The notes below the pieces were generated by a model that was not told the origin of the DNA, did not search any database, and saw only the letters and a list, made by a program, of their open reading frames with translations. Source: Zygnema circumcarinatum SAG 698-1b (taxonomy: Eukaryota > Plantae > Zygnematophyceae). From it: a stretch of DNA of 64,000 nucleotides. The stretch lies in assembly GCA_037447605.1 (NCBI GenBank), contig CM074814.1:744001-808000 (forward strand), read 5' to 3'. Made by a program: the position numbers and the translations under genes. This document shows, one piece after another, positions 13,701 through 31,282 of the stretch; the stretch's first letter is position 1; every line of letters begins with the position of its first letter.

Positions 13701-13986
13701 AACTCGCAAGTTCCGGTAGAGTTTTGGAGGGCTAGAAAGAGGCAGCAGTTTGAAAGTGAACAAGGGGGGGCCATGGAAGCTGGAGGGAGGGGAGGGGAGG
13801 GGAGGGAGGGAGGGAAGGATAATATGGCTGGAAGTTGCCCTTTGCTGAAGTGACTAAACAGTCAATAGAAGTAGAGTGAAGCAAGGGAGAATGAATTTGA
13901 ATTCAGTTTCCGGTGAGAATTCGAGGATAATGAAGCGCAAGGATGATGGCTCGTTCTTTCAGAATGTATTTTCTTGTTTGTAAGAG

Positions 13987-16900
13987 ATGCATGAATCTGT
14001 GAGAGGGAAAGCCATGGGAAAGGTATTTCGACCGCAGGTGCAGAAGAAGCTGCCTTCTTTAAGAGGGGCCAGCGAGTTCACATTCACCTTCAAGGCGCAA
14101 AAGGAGAAAAAGCTGCTAGAGGAGCAGTTGAAGCCAGCGTCGTCAGCTGGACCAACTGGTAACTTTCAGAAGGCTGGAATTGAAAGAGCTTCAAAGCCAG
14201 CAGAGGCACATGTGCCTTCGAGAGCAGCTGTAGACACTTTTGACTTTTTTCCTGATGACAGCGATGTTGATGAAGCTGATGAGGCTCCTCGTACAAAACG
14301 ACGCAGTTTTGGCAAGCCTCAAGCCGCTGCTGGAAAATGGAACAGAAGAAATGGCAAAGGTACATTCGGGAGGTGTGATGATGGAGATGAGGAACAGCTG
14401 GAAACTCAGAAAGACAATAGAAACAAGAGACTGCGACCTACTCAGAATACTTGCAATGATATCGGCTCAGCAACCACAGACTTTGTAACTGCACGTCAGA
14501 AACTTGTAAGTGCTTTCTTCTATGGTATCTGTATGCTGGCAAAGGAGCCTGGTCTGCTTGTCTTCAATAGCTATATTAATTCAAGGACATGCCCATTTTT
14601 TTTTTTCTTTTCTCGCGACGTGCGGGCATCCTGTGTCATTTCTAGCACGGCTTGTTGCTAGAGCCACAAGTTTACTTGGTTTTTATTACTATAAAGCACA
14701 CAGTTCTTGTGCCACCTTTGGTGATTGCTTTGTGATTACATTCTTCTTTTTCAGAGAATGGCGAGTGGTTCACAAAGAAACAGAACAGAGGAGTTTCATG
14801 ACCTGCCAAATTCCCACTCGGACTCTATAGTTCCAGGTTCACAGGACACTGGAAGGCCTTTGACGGGAAAAAACGGAGCGATACCTGCCTTGGGTGGTGG
14901 TCCGCTGAAAACAATGCCAAGACGAGGTGTTCGAAGTAACTTCGTTCCACCAATGAGAACCACGAATGCAGATGGCGCAGGCTGTTCCAGGGATATGGAT
15001 GGCTTGGGAGGAGCAGGTGGATCTGCTAGTGCTATGGCTGGTGCTTGCCTTGGAAAAGAGCACAATAATGAAGCATCCCTTCGGAAATGGTAAATGCACG
15101 AATATCCAAGATGCAGCTAACAATGTAGCTGTGTTCCTTTTCTGGAGTATTCTGTATGCTTGTGTAAACACAGCGGATAACGTCAAGCAAACCGAATAAC
15201 AAAAGACCCTTCGACAATTGGCTTCAGCATCTGACTTCTGTCACATGTTTGCCCAGCTTGGAGATGCTCGGACTTGATCCAGATGGCGAGGTCCCGGAGC
15301 GGATACGTAACTTGGAACCACGACTAATAGAGCACATCACGAATGAGATTCTAGGCAGAGAAACGAAAATTACATGGGCAGACATCGGTGCGGATAACTT
15401 CGCCATACTTGCAAACACAACATGCAACCGGAATTTGTCTGGCAGTTTGTAATTCAAGTTGACGTGCAAGTGAAGCAGTTTCCAGATCAGGCGGCCACAC
15501 TTGTATTGTTGAAAGAACCGTTCGTTTTTATCCGCAATTCTGAGATCCAAAGAAGATCTAATTGACCCTTTTCGTCGAGTGGCTGACTGTATTAAACAAA
15601 AAATTGGAGCAAGGCTCTTGAGAGCGGAGCCTGATCCTGACGGTTTGTGAAATCTTTGGGTGTTGGTGCAGCCGGGCTTGAACATGCAAAGAGGTGCGTC
15701 ATGGAAATGGTTATTTGGCCACTGAAACGGCCAGACTTATTTCAAGGAACTCGTGCTCCCGGCAAAGGCCTTCTTCTTTATGGCCCTCCAGTAAGTTACA
15801 GTAATCCTGATCTGTGCCATATATTGTTGTTTTCAAGAGTGCCGTTTGTATTGCGCTATCGTCAGGAAGGTGAACTCCGTGTCGAGTGCTGATATGCCTT
15901 GCGTACAGGGAACAGGAAAAACGCTCATTGGAAAGGCGATTGCAGGCGAATCAAATGCGACTTTTTTCTCAATTTCTTCAAGTTCATTAACAAGCAAATG
16001 GGTAAGTCTGTACCAAACTCTTTCTACTGAGTCAATCTCAATCTATATTGTTGTCTAATTTTATCTATTACTGATAACAGCTGTGTTGGAAATATTGATA
16101 CCCTAACTTGAATTCTCAGCTGTGGTTGAGATAAAGCCATGAAAGTTTCACATGCTATCACTTTCTGGTTCTTAAATTCTCATTTATGCTGCCTGAAGGT
16201 ACAACTGTATTAAATTGATTGAAAATGCTGTAAGCTACAGTAGCCTATTCAGAGTGACTAAATATTACTGTGGAATTGTGCCTCGTGGTGGGAATTGCAG
16301 ATTGGAGAAGGTGAGAAGCTTGTGCGGGCATTGTTTGGTGTCGCAAGCTGTGTTCAACCTGCTGTCATCTTTATTGACGAGATAGACTCATTACTGTCTC
16401 AGGTGTGAAAACAATGTGATTTTTCCTTTTTTATCACTAAAATACGAGCATCAGCTATCTATGCAGCTGGATGAACGGCATTTGTCTCTTTACTCCTTGC
16501 CTGAATTTCATCTTCAATGAAACCTGACTGGTTGGGCGTGTTCAGCTGGCATTGCCTTGACTAACTTCAAAATTTTCAATATGGGACTGCAGCGTAAGGA
16601 AGATGGCGAACATGAATCAAGTCGCCGGCTGAAAACGCAATTCTTGATTGAAATGGAAGGGTGTAACGGAGACAACGACCAAGTTCTTGTCATTGGTATG
16701 TCTATTATGTGCACGTCTTGTGGTTTGAAAAGATGAGGGATGTACAACAACCAAGCACTTTAACTTAGCTCTTGAGTTGCAATGCCTTGATTGTCATGCG
16801 AAATGCCATTTGAGCCATACTCTGTTGTCTTTCTGAATGGATGGGTCCACGCTGCATGTTGCAGGAGCAACAAATCGGCCTCAAGAACTGGATCCCGCTG

Positions 16901-18119
16901 TTCGGAGAAGGATGAGTAACCGGCTCTACATTCCCTTGCCAGAGCCTGGTAAGAAGATATTTACTTTCCTCCTGTTCTTCTGACATGCTACCGAAGACCT
17001 AGGTTGGAGTATAGCTAAATGGCAAACCGCGATCGTACAGAATCTAGCTTATAGCTGGTTGTCTTGTTGTCAAAAAGTGGATACTGTCTGTTTTCAAAAT
17101 ATATCCTTGTTGTTTAAGAACTCAGCAGTCAAGGTCATAACTACATTCTAATGAAGCCTTTGTCGAGCTGGATACTAAAGTCCCGAGGTAGAGGTGGAGG
17201 TGAAGGATCGCGAATTTGAAATGTCAACATTGGGGCATCTCAAGTAGCTCTGAGTTTTGGCGTTTGATGACAGTTGCACGAGCGGAGATTGTGAAGAATT
17301 TGCTACAAAAGGATGCTCTCCTTACACTTTCAGAAGATGACATACAGGCGATTGCTGCCGCGACTGAAGGTGCGTGATGTAGACAGTCTTCAAGTGATCT
17401 GTCTGCTCTAATAGCCTGCGGATCACCTTACCATTTGAGCAGCTTGCAAGCTACTTCATTTGCCCCTGGCTTTGGCATACAGCAAAAACGTAGACGACAC
17501 TAACAGCCTTGAGTGTATCTGGTGTGACTTGGCATTTGTAGGTTACTCCGGGTCAGACATGAAGAACCTGGTGAAGGAGGCATCCATGTGCCCTTTGCGA
17601 GAAGCCATGATGGCAGGCGATATTGCTAAACTCAACAAAGATGACATCAGGCCTCTCTCACTTGAGGTAGAGACAGCCAACTTCCTTTACCAAAGCTTTA
17701 ATATTTGTTATCAGCATGGACGAATATATGTCCGCCTTAGAGGGGCAAAAACTGCCATTTGGCTTTGTTGGTTCACTCACACAAGGGTCGTTTATGTACT
17801 CTTGGATACAGCGTTTGCAGCAACAGTCCAACGTGTAACTAGGCGAATAGATTATTAAGTCAATGCTAGGGCGAATGGAAACAGGAATCGACCGATCATT
17901 ACCTGCGACCTGCCTTTGATTTCTTGCATTTCTTGGTGGTTGGTTGATGAATTACAAGTTTGCAAGAGAAGCAGATTGCCTTGATTCTGATCAATCCTGG
18001 CGCTTCATTCGCAGGACTTTCACCGGTCCATTCGGTTTGTTCGGCCATCTGTTGCTCCAGGAGAGCTTGTCGTGTACCAGGAATGGAGCAAGCAATTTGG
18101 GAGCGGTGAGCTGAAATAG
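13987..18119 (+). CDS. FIGL1: Fidgetin-like 1 AAA-ATPase, multi-exon (5' end uncertain)
   Basis: [86 protein letters not shown] Walker [13 protein letters not shown] Walker [33 protein letters not shown]; stop TAG 18117-18119. Confidence 0.95.
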
Positions 18120-18499
18120 TCTCTCAGTCCCCTTCTGTTTGCGGAATCGCTTTCCACTGACAACAAGCAATGCTGTAACTTCAACGCTCCATTAAAACTG
18201 CTTCCGTCTTCCTCTTTATTGCTCTTTACTATTCAATTTGGAAATTCAGTTTGCATTTTTTTGTCACTCTTACCATAAGATGTAGTTTTGCTGAAGAAGT
18301 TAGAACGAAACGAACCGTAGGCTCTTGTAAGCATGTAAATGCGCATGAAGCTGCCTTGTACTCCTGCGGCCTCAGAGTAGCCCACGCCATCTTCATCTTT
18401 TAGGGTGGACCGACACTCGTGGCAAATGTGACAGCCGGCTTTTCTCTGAAACCATATTTTCGACAAGTGTTTTGGTCTTTTGTTGGTTTTCTGTGAATG

Positions 18500-18990
18500 T
18501 TTGTACCGAATGGTTGACAACAATTGCCAATACCATTTACCTGCTGCAATCGGCAATGGTTTTCCACCATTGGCTGGCAACATTTCCAAGAATCGGTGCA
18601 AATGGTGGAACCTTCTGTTGGCAATGGTTTCCAACCACTTGCCAACCAACCATTGGCAACAATCGTTTGGCCACTTCAAAAATACGTAACCCAACACTCT
18701 AGTACAGTTGTGCCGTACTTCCCCCGTACAATTTCGTACGGTCTCACTAGAAAACACTTCCAAGGTCCCACAAAACGTTTTGCACTACCCTAACGCCACG
18801 TGTGGCATGGCGACTGGCGTATGGAAATTTCTGGGCAGCCGTGTCCTACAGTCGGCGCTTTGTTATGGGAGGCGGGTGAATGGTCCAACCTTGAATCGGC
18901 CTAGCGTTGTTGGTTCCTCGTGGTTCCCATGTTGTTTGTTGTTGTTTTCCGTATACATGTGATGGCATGGCCATCGTGGAACCAATCCCT
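18500..18990. mobile_element. Degenerate DNA transposon derivative with CCAATGG/CCATTGGCAA subterminal-type repeats
   Basis: Repeated ccattgg/caatggtt/ttgccaa motifs, same family of motifs as 30220-30720 and 58740-59220. Confidence 0.5.
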
Positions 18991-19183
18991 ACTCCCCTAT
19001 CTTGTAGTCTGCGCGCATGCATGTCATTTGTGACCAGATCAAATACGTGCTTCGGTACATATTCTCTTTTTGTCTACGTCCGTGATGCCATCCAATGCAG
19101 TTGGCATGGACAACATGGAGAACCACGAGGACGCATGATGATGGCGTGGCCATCATGAGGTCTATGCCATGCCATTCCCTACC

Positions 19184-19323
19184 GCCAGGCCATGCCATTC
19201 CATGAACTGCCAGGCCATGCCATTCCATGAACTGCCAGGCCATGCCATTCCATGAACTGCCAGGCCATGCCATTCCATGAACTGCCAGGCCATGCCATTC
19301 CATGAACTGCCAGGCCATGCCAT
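19184..19323. repeat. 25-bp tandem repeat GCCAGGCCATGCCATTCCATGAACT, 5 perfect copies plus a partial
   Basis: Units start at 19184, 19209, 19234, 19259, 19284 and 19309 with no spacers. Confidence 0.95.
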
Positions 19324-19491
19324 GCCAGCCTCAAGGCTCGAACCCTCCACTTCGAGGCAAGCGGTTCCAGTGAGAAGTCCGAGGCAGACGCAGGGAGTGG
19401 CTTGCCGAACAGGAAGGGAGTGGGGCCTGCTCTCCTGCGCAGAAAGACATGTTTTTGCAGGAAGCTGGCAAGCTTGCTGGGCGCGACTGCA

Positions 19492-19782
19492 ATGCCCGAC
19501 TGGCTGATTGCGGTGCTTGCAGTGAGCTGCGGGATTAGCTTCCTTCGCTTTGCAAGGGAGCTCTACTACTGCTTTAAGGATCCTTCCATGAGATTAGCAT
19601 TTTTTCCTCCCGAGTCTTATACGTTGTTGGAGAGGGAGAGGAGGTCTGGCCGGCACAATAGGGTTAGGCAGAATCGAAACGACGCCTCAGCAAGCGCCTT
19701 CTCTACAGACATTGCGTCATCAGAAACTTTGCCGATTCTATCACCTGCGGTAGAAGAAATAAGGGACAGGAGGGAAACATGA
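19492..19782 (+). CDS. Hypothetical 96-aa protein or exon with an N-terminal hydrophobic segment
   Basis: ATG 19492, MPDWLIAVLAVSCGISFLRFARELYYC..; no recognised family. Confidence 0.25.
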   Translation: MPDWLIAVLAVSCGISFLRFARELYYCFKDPSMRLAFFPPESYTLLERERRSGRHNRVRQNRNDASASAFSTDIASSETLPILSPAVEEIRDRRET

Positions 19783-20421
19783 ACGAAACTGAAAGCACAC
19801 GTTGAAAATAAGGGAGAAGCTTTCAAGGAAATCTCCAGTGCATCCGTTTGAAGGTGAGAACGTGCAGCAACCACCTTGCTTACCTTCGTCTCTTCGAAGT
19901 TTGGTCTCTATTAGCAGCCGTACTCTCCAATTTATCGCACATCTAATTTGCCAAATTGTTACTTGTACTCGACCTTTTAGTTGACTTAAACTGAACTGTA
20001 TGTTCGCTCGGTGGAGCACTCTTGGCAAATTGGTGGATGCATGATGAAGACGCCTTTGTTTCGTCGCGCATGGATCAGCGTTTTCGGGTTTCTGATCCCG
20101 TCGTTATGAAACACAGGATGATATGCTTGCATTGTGGCTTGAACCAATCCAGACTGAATCTCCAGGGGGCAATCTGAAGCCTATGGTGAATAATTTTACG
20201 TAGATTGGCATAACTTATCTGCATTAGACTAACAACTGGCAGAGCACCCTTAATGCCACAATGCCGTTCCACCCTAAATTAAGTGAAGCTTACAGGAAAG
20301 GCATGTCTACCCACGTTGTTTGCTAGTTGAGTGAAGTAAGTCCCGTAGATTGAATGTTTCTTGAATATTGCGCGTGTGCTTATTCGCAAAAGTGTCAAAT
20401 TAGCACAGGTTGGCCCAAAAT

Positions 20422-23305
20422 ATGGAAGCTCGTGGTCGACAGCAGCAACGACCTGCAGTAGCGGAACACCCTACGAATACGAGGCTTTCTGATCAACCAA
20501 GATTGGTTAATCATAATGCTGAACTTCTCAAGCGAAAGAAGGAAGTGAGAAAGATTGTGGCAGCAAGTTATTCAGAGAATGCCAAGGAGTATGAGCGAGA
20601 AGGTGAGCTGTACTCACTGTCTTGAACAAGCCATGGGTTTGTCAAAAGACTTTTAGACATATGTGTTGGCAAGATGTGGAGATAGTGAGCTTGTCCTTGC
20701 TGACGTCAATTGGACGTTCAGACGGTTTGAACGCTTGTCTGTTGTTGGACGTGCAAGCTGTCCTATGATTGGCTATTTGAGAATCTCCACAGCAAAGGGT
20801 TCACTAGGACATCATGCATTGGTGTTCTATGCCATGACAGTGTGCTTTCTGCTGTTTGAATGGGTAATTGTTTGTGATGGCCAGCTATCTGCGCTCCCCT
20901 TGTTTGTAAGTGTGGTTGTGTCTGTCCACTTCTAACTTGCAAAATCTGTCACATGGGCGTCTCCAGCACGGAGAGTGACGGGTCTTCTTGAAAAAATGAG
21001 CCTCATGGAGCAAAGTTCAGGAGACTCTGGACAAATTTATGGAGACTTGGCGGACTTGGGAGACTCAGCTGATATTTTTGATCTCAATCAAGTGGATACA
21101 AGCAGGTAACGCTCCTGTCCTAATCTGTTGCTATTTAACAGACAGATTGCTGCCAGGTTCAGAGGCAACTTAATATATTATTTTCATTTTAGGCTTCTAT
21201 TTCCATTGGCTTTGGTTATTGCAAATATGGTGGATCTATTCCTTCCGATTATGTTCTTCAATGTATTTTAGGCCTGGGTTGGAAGATTTTGATCTTTCCC
21301 GTGCTCGTGTTGATAGTACAGATATCGGACCTATAGGAGCTAGTTATGTTGAGTTGGTATAGGCTATCGAGTCAGGACATACTCTGGGAAACTTCAAGAG
21401 TTGTAGGTTATGGTACATTGGACATGTCAAACGTTGCTGTCGTTGAGTATGACATGCTTCCTGTACTGTACAGGATTGCAAATTTTGTTGCTTCTGAGAC
21501 TTCTGATTGGTAGTTGGGTTGCTGATGGATGAACTGGGCTTGTTGCCAAGGCAGTTACATGGTGGCGATAGCAGACCTGAGCCAGCGTGAATGGGCGCTT
21601 GATGATCAACGAGCAGCCCTTTTAAGAGAAAAGCAAAGCATAGAAGCATCGATTCACAAAAGCGTCAGACGCCGCATTGCTCTTGAGAAGTAAGCAACTT
21701 TGGAGCCCACTGTGTTTGGCCATCTGAATTACCTTATGCCTACCAAAAGCTGGTCTGCCTCTGCCCTATATCTTGCTTGATTTCTTTAATGAGGCATACC
21801 ATCATTAGGTTGCTTCTTACGTGATCTCTTCAAACTCGAGCATTACAGTAATGCTGCAAATAGCTGCGCTTTGCTGGAAGAACGGAGCTGCTCCGCGTGT
21901 ATTCCTTTTGAATAGTTAGGTAGAAACCTTATTTTTGTCGAGCCCCAGTAACGGTGTCGTCTCACTACATTTGTTCAGGGACAGGTTATTTTGGGAGTTT
22001 TTCTCCAATAGTTTAGCTTTCGAGTGTTTAAGGGCCACTTCCTTGTTGACAGACTTTCTCTTGGGAGATTTGAGCTTGTAAATTTTGGAAAGCTCTCAGG
22101 AAGGGTCGATATCTCGTCATTTTGTTGCAGGTTGCTAAAGCAGTTGAAAGAAGGGGAGTCGAAGCAGAAAGAGATCATGCAGAGTTGGTCATCTCAGCTG
22201 GAGTCGTTGAGGGCACGGGAGAAGACGCAGCAGCAGGAGGTGAATATCGAGGTATACTGAAGCACTTGAGTGATTCCTTGCATAACTGGGAGGTTGCTGT
22301 CCCTTTTACCAACTCTTGAACTTTTAGATTTCATGGAAAGCATGACAGTGCGTGCACAACCGTGTAGCCACAGCAGGGCGGAATGGCTCAGCTTTTAGTG
22401 AACTTGCTCATGCTCATCGCTACAAATACCGTGTATACTTTTCGTAGAGTCCTTTGGACAATGTTTAATTTCTTAGAGGCTTTGGTTTTGCATCATATGA
22501 ACGGCGAGTCCAATAACATCCCAATGCTTCTTCCGCCTCTTTGGAGTTTCTGCAGGAGAAGCTGGGCGAGGTTGGGTTCACTCCTGATATCAGCCACAGC
22601 AGCATTGTGAAGCTCGAAAAGGGGAAAGCAGCACTAGATGCACAGATTCGTCCAATCATGGAGAAGCTCAACAAATTTGGCGACTTGCCACCAGTGAGTT
22701 CATTTGAATTTCTCTCATATGTCTCTACAGAAGATTTTCGGCTCTGACTAGATCGAATGAATTGGTCGTTGTTTTTTAAAATTGTGTGAAAAAAACGTAG
22801 GCTTGATCTTTTGCACTGTTAAGGAAGCCAGACCGACGAGCTTTACTTTATGAGATACTCTGCTTTGTTGTTTGAGTGCAAAGGGAGAAGAAAGAGACTG
22901 TCAGTAAGAGTACGAGTGTGGGTGGGGGAGGGGGGGAGGGGGGGAGGGGGGGAGGGGGGGAGGGGGGGGAGGGGGGGCGAGGGGGGGGGAGGGGAGCGGG
23001 AGGGAGGAGGAGGGGAGAAGTGGAGGGAGAGGTAGATAGAGGGTGAGGTGAGGGGAGAGGGTGGACGAGGAGGCGAGGAGTACGTACGAGAGGGGAAATC
23101 TTGAAGGGGAGCAGGCAGCGCTAACACGGTTCGTTTTTTTTTCCATTGTTATAGAATTATGGCTTTTTGACGTGGTTCCTTTCGGTTTTTTTTTTTTTTT
23201 GTGCAGGATGTGGAACGTGCAGAGATTCTGGTCCTGCAGAAGGAACAGGAGGTGCAAGAATGGAAGGAGCAGTTCGATAAGAAGTTAAGAGAGAAAATAT
23301 CTTAA
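20422..23305 (+). CDS. AUG1: Augmin/HAUS complex subunit 1-like, multi-exon
   Basis: IVAASYSENAKEYERE, SYMVAIADLSQRE, IMQSWSSQLESLRARE, EKLGEVGFTPDISHSSIVKL..KLNKFGDLPP|DVERAEILVLQKEQE align with recalled AUG1 motifs (IVANDF..ASEY, FLVAMGDIS, VGYTPKISH, YQDLPPD); stop 23303-23305; start uncertain. Confidence 0.75.
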
Positions 23306-24395
23306 TGATGATGACCGCATATGGAGGTCTGAGTGCATGTGAGCGCTTCCATATCTCAAGCGTCTGCTGGAAGTGGTAAGCTCTCTGCTTTGTTTTAGGC
23401 CTCTTTGTGGAGCACTTTCAATAAAAGTGGGGGACGAGGTGGTGGGGGGAGAGAGCCATGCAATACTCTTCTTCCTTTCTTGATAGCCACCTCGCAGCAA
23501 ACAATTTTGTTGTTCAACCCTTTCTACAAGCACCATTGCTCTATGTAGCAGTTAGCTGTTCACCGCTGGAAATCTCTTTGCAAATTAGTTTCTTTCTATT
23601 GAGGCGAGGCCCTGCCAGGAAATAATGATGTAGGAATCTTCTGAGCATCACTACAGTACCTTGTATTCTACTCCATCAATTTTTGGAAGCAGAGGGAATT
23701 CTCAGTGTCAACTGTGGAAGACCACATGCCTATGATGGGATGGTGATATGTCATGTAAGGTCATGAGCCCACAGATTCGAGAGGCGTACTTCACCTATTC
23801 AGGCCCTTGAAAGGGGAAAGATATGACAAATAATTGCTCTAAAGCTACAGAAGTTCCTATGAAGATGTCTGCTAGAATGTCTAGATTGCCCCCCCTCCCT
23901 CCCCCCTTCCCCTTCCACCACCCCCTCTCTCTCTCTCTCTCTATGTAATTATGATTTTCCCTAACTAGTAAATAAAATCAAGAAAAGTTAAGACTGGCTT
24001 GAGGTTGCACTAAACTCAACTCTGTGGTGGAAAAAACCGAAAAAATGTTACTGACCAATCCTAGCAACTGCCTATCCTTACCTTTCCTGTAAATGACGAG
24101 GGGAGAATGAAGGTAGGAGAAAAAAATGTACTTCTCCCTCTCCCTCTCTCTCCTTCTCCTCTCTTCCTCTCCTCTCGTCGCCCAATGCCAGCACCTTCCC
24201 TCCACTACGCTCTCCTCTCCTTTGTCCTCTGTCCTCCTCTCCACTCCTCTCTCTCTCCTCTCCTCCTCTCTCCCTCCTACCGCTCCTCTCCTTCTCGCCT
24301 CTCCCGTCTCCTCTCCCTCGCCTCTCCTCCCTTCCTTCCCCTCTCCTCCCTTCCTTCCCCTCTCCTCTCCATACATCTCCTTCTTTCATCCTCTC

Positions 24396-25806
<1,411 letters not shown>

Positions 25807-26532
25807 GGCTGCCTCCCTGCCAGCTGGCTGCCTCTCCCTGCGACACGTGGCAAGCCGTTAGGGTTGCTTTTAGGGCATCCCTTTTAGGGGCGGAGAGCAT
25901 GGGCCCATGCTCACTCTCCTCATCCAAAAATGTTCAGACAGTGTGAACGGATACTTTTGTGTTACCATAATCGTTTGTGTCGTATGAACATGTTAACGAC
26001 AATTTGAGAGCAGTGCGAACGATTTTTGGGACCAAGTTTGAGCTGGAAAACCGTCTATTCGTGTGAGCGGGTGCATATTTGACCCCAGTTTTTCCTAAGG
26101 TAGAAAAATACGGTATTTGAATTTTTTTTAATAATTCAATACGTGTGTCCAATACGCCACGCAAGCAAGAGTTCCACGTGGCGAGGCTCTATTGGTTTAA
26201 GCAGAACTAAATTTTCAATGTGCGTGCTCCCTTCCTGAAAGAAGTTTCCGGCTGCCTGTTCTATGCTTCCTCACAGTCCTACGTCACAGGACAGCGTTTA
26301 CATGTTGAAATAGCGGTTTACTGGAAAATTTTCAAAATCATCCTTCACACGGTTCATCAAACCGTTCTACAATGACGCTAAAGCGAGTTCTATGCGTACC
26401 CCCGTCGCCGACAGATCGTCATCGGACGGCTGAGATTCGCCCTCGGCGCCGCGCCCTCCCCTCTAAGCAGCCCCCCCTCCTCCCTTCCGCCCTCTTCGCC
26501 CTCCCTTCTGTGGCGCTCGCAGGGCCGCCGCC

Positions 26533-29568
<3,036 letters not shown>

Positions 29569-30219
29569 AGGGAGCGGTAGCCATGGGAAAGATCTGAAGG
29601 GCTCTTTATGCAGCAAAGGCAAGGAGTAGGAGGTCAAGGAAGCAGGAAGCCGCCTTTATGTGTCTCTCTCTGCCATCCAAGCGGAGGTTTTCTATGCAAT
29701 GGATTACAACGGTTTGTGCGCAACAGCAGGAAAATTCTCTGAGAGGAAAGAGCACTAGGAGGCAGAGTTGAAGAGCACACGTCTGCATGTGATGGTGGAG
29801 TGGCTTTTTGCGGAAATCTAACCCTTTTTTTTGCTTTACTCTGATGGCCCTTCCCCGTGTCCTCTGAACTTTTCAGATCGCTTGTTTTTTAAATTTCAAA
29901 CATAAAAGCCATATGGACAAGCCGCGCTGCAGGTTTTTGCTCAAACCTTGTTCTCAGAATTTTTCCTTTTGGTCGAGATGAACGTCTGTAATGCGTACGG
30001 ACGGCGGCATAAATTACCATGTCGTGGATATGTGAGAAAAAACGTGGGAAGGAGCAATAGAAGAAATCATCGACCTACCGTTATTTCGCCAAATGGCTTG
30101 TGATAATTGGAAACCGTCCGCTCTAGTTCTGAATGCGTAATTTGACGTCTGTTGTTTGACATTTCACAACTTCGACTTTGCAATACTCCACAGGGCGGAG
30201 CGTTGGATCAACTGTTGTA

Positions 30220-30720
30220 ATGGTTGGGAACCATCGATCCGCGACTTAACCAACCACTGCCAATGGTTCCAACCATTGCAGTCAATGGTTGCAAACCATC
30301 AAAATGGTTGCTGATGACCAACGGATGGATTCCGTGGATCAAGTACGAGATTCTGGCCGTTGGATAGCCACGTACGAGATTTCAGGACATGACCGTTGGA
30401 TGGGCCACGTAGACACTTACGAGATTTCGGGACAGTTGTATAGTAGCGCCGGAGACTTCGAAAAATGACCGTTGGATGGGCCACTTGGACACGTGCAATG
30501 AATGATAGCAACCATTGCCATCCAATGGTCAAAACCATTGGCAATGGTTGGCAACTATTGAATCCAATGATTGTTTTGGTTCGACGCCAATGGTTTGCAA
30601 CCACCGTACTGTAATTGGAATAGTTGGCAACCATTGGACACAACCAATTATGAATCTAATGGCTAGCAACTATTAGCAACAGTTCTAATTGACTAGTGAA
30701 TCAATGGTTTTTTAACTATT
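30220..30720. mobile_element. Non-autonomous DNA transposon derivative with CCAATGGTT/CCATTG repeats and internal CCGTTGGAT repeats
   Basis: Dense caatggtt/aaccattg motifs flanking three ccgttggat copies; ends and TSD not resolved. Confidence 0.55.
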
Positions 30721-30900
30721 CAAAATGATTGATCAACGTCCGACCTGCGCAGTATTGTAAGCCGCAAAACTAAGTCACAAAATATGACAACGAAAGTTAA
30801 AACGTTTAGTTCCCACAACTATCGAGAGACTCCCAAAAACGACACATGAAAGCATAGAAAGCTGTTGTGTTGCTGTTGTTGCTATACTTTTCACCTTCTC

Positions 30901-31282
30901 TCACCTCAAAATAAATGCAGATGCAGGTGGCACGGGAGGAAAGACTTCATCTGCCTTACCAAAATATCTGCTCACAAAATTCCTCTGCAACATAGAACAG
31001 AAAACAAAAATTATTAAGATTAAGGTTGGCGGCAGGACATCGCCGTTCAAATTGTGCTATTTTCCTCCTCAGACGACCCTAAAGTAAAGAAACGAAATGC
31101 AGGATAATCACCCTAAAACCAAAGTATAAGGATGAAAATCAACACGACCTTACCTCAAATTTCAATATTTCTGGAGTTTCTGGTGTTTCCTTTGGGTAAA
31201 ACTTGTAAACTTTCATGACTCGCAACGACTCGCGCTCTGCCTCTGACATGGAATCAATTACTTTCTTTCGGTGTGCTCGAGC
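30901..31282 (-). CDS. Two 3' exons (31282-31154, 30984-30901) of an uncharacterised gene; 5' part not located
   Basis: Phase-0 GT-AG junctions give ARAHRKKVIDSMSEAERESLRVMKVYKFYPKETPETPEILKFE|RNFVSRYFGKADEVFPP..*, which resembles a C-terminal motif I recall from uncharacterised plant proteins but cannot name. Confidence 0.6.

Noticed and set aside
18233-18470. CHICHEC-containing ORF as a Helitron or zinc-finger gene
   Set aside because: No downstream Rep/helicase motifs; the ORF runs into a degenerate repeat
19184-19323. CRISPR-like array
   Set aside because: Repeats are head-to-tail with no spacers, the genome is eukaryotic and no cas genes are present
4420-23305. Functional cluster of microtubule-related genes (KIN14B interactor, FIGL1, AUG1)
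   Set aside because: Interrupted by the unrelated RP1, no shared regulatory signature, and plant FIGL1 acts mainly in recombination; chance proximity suffices
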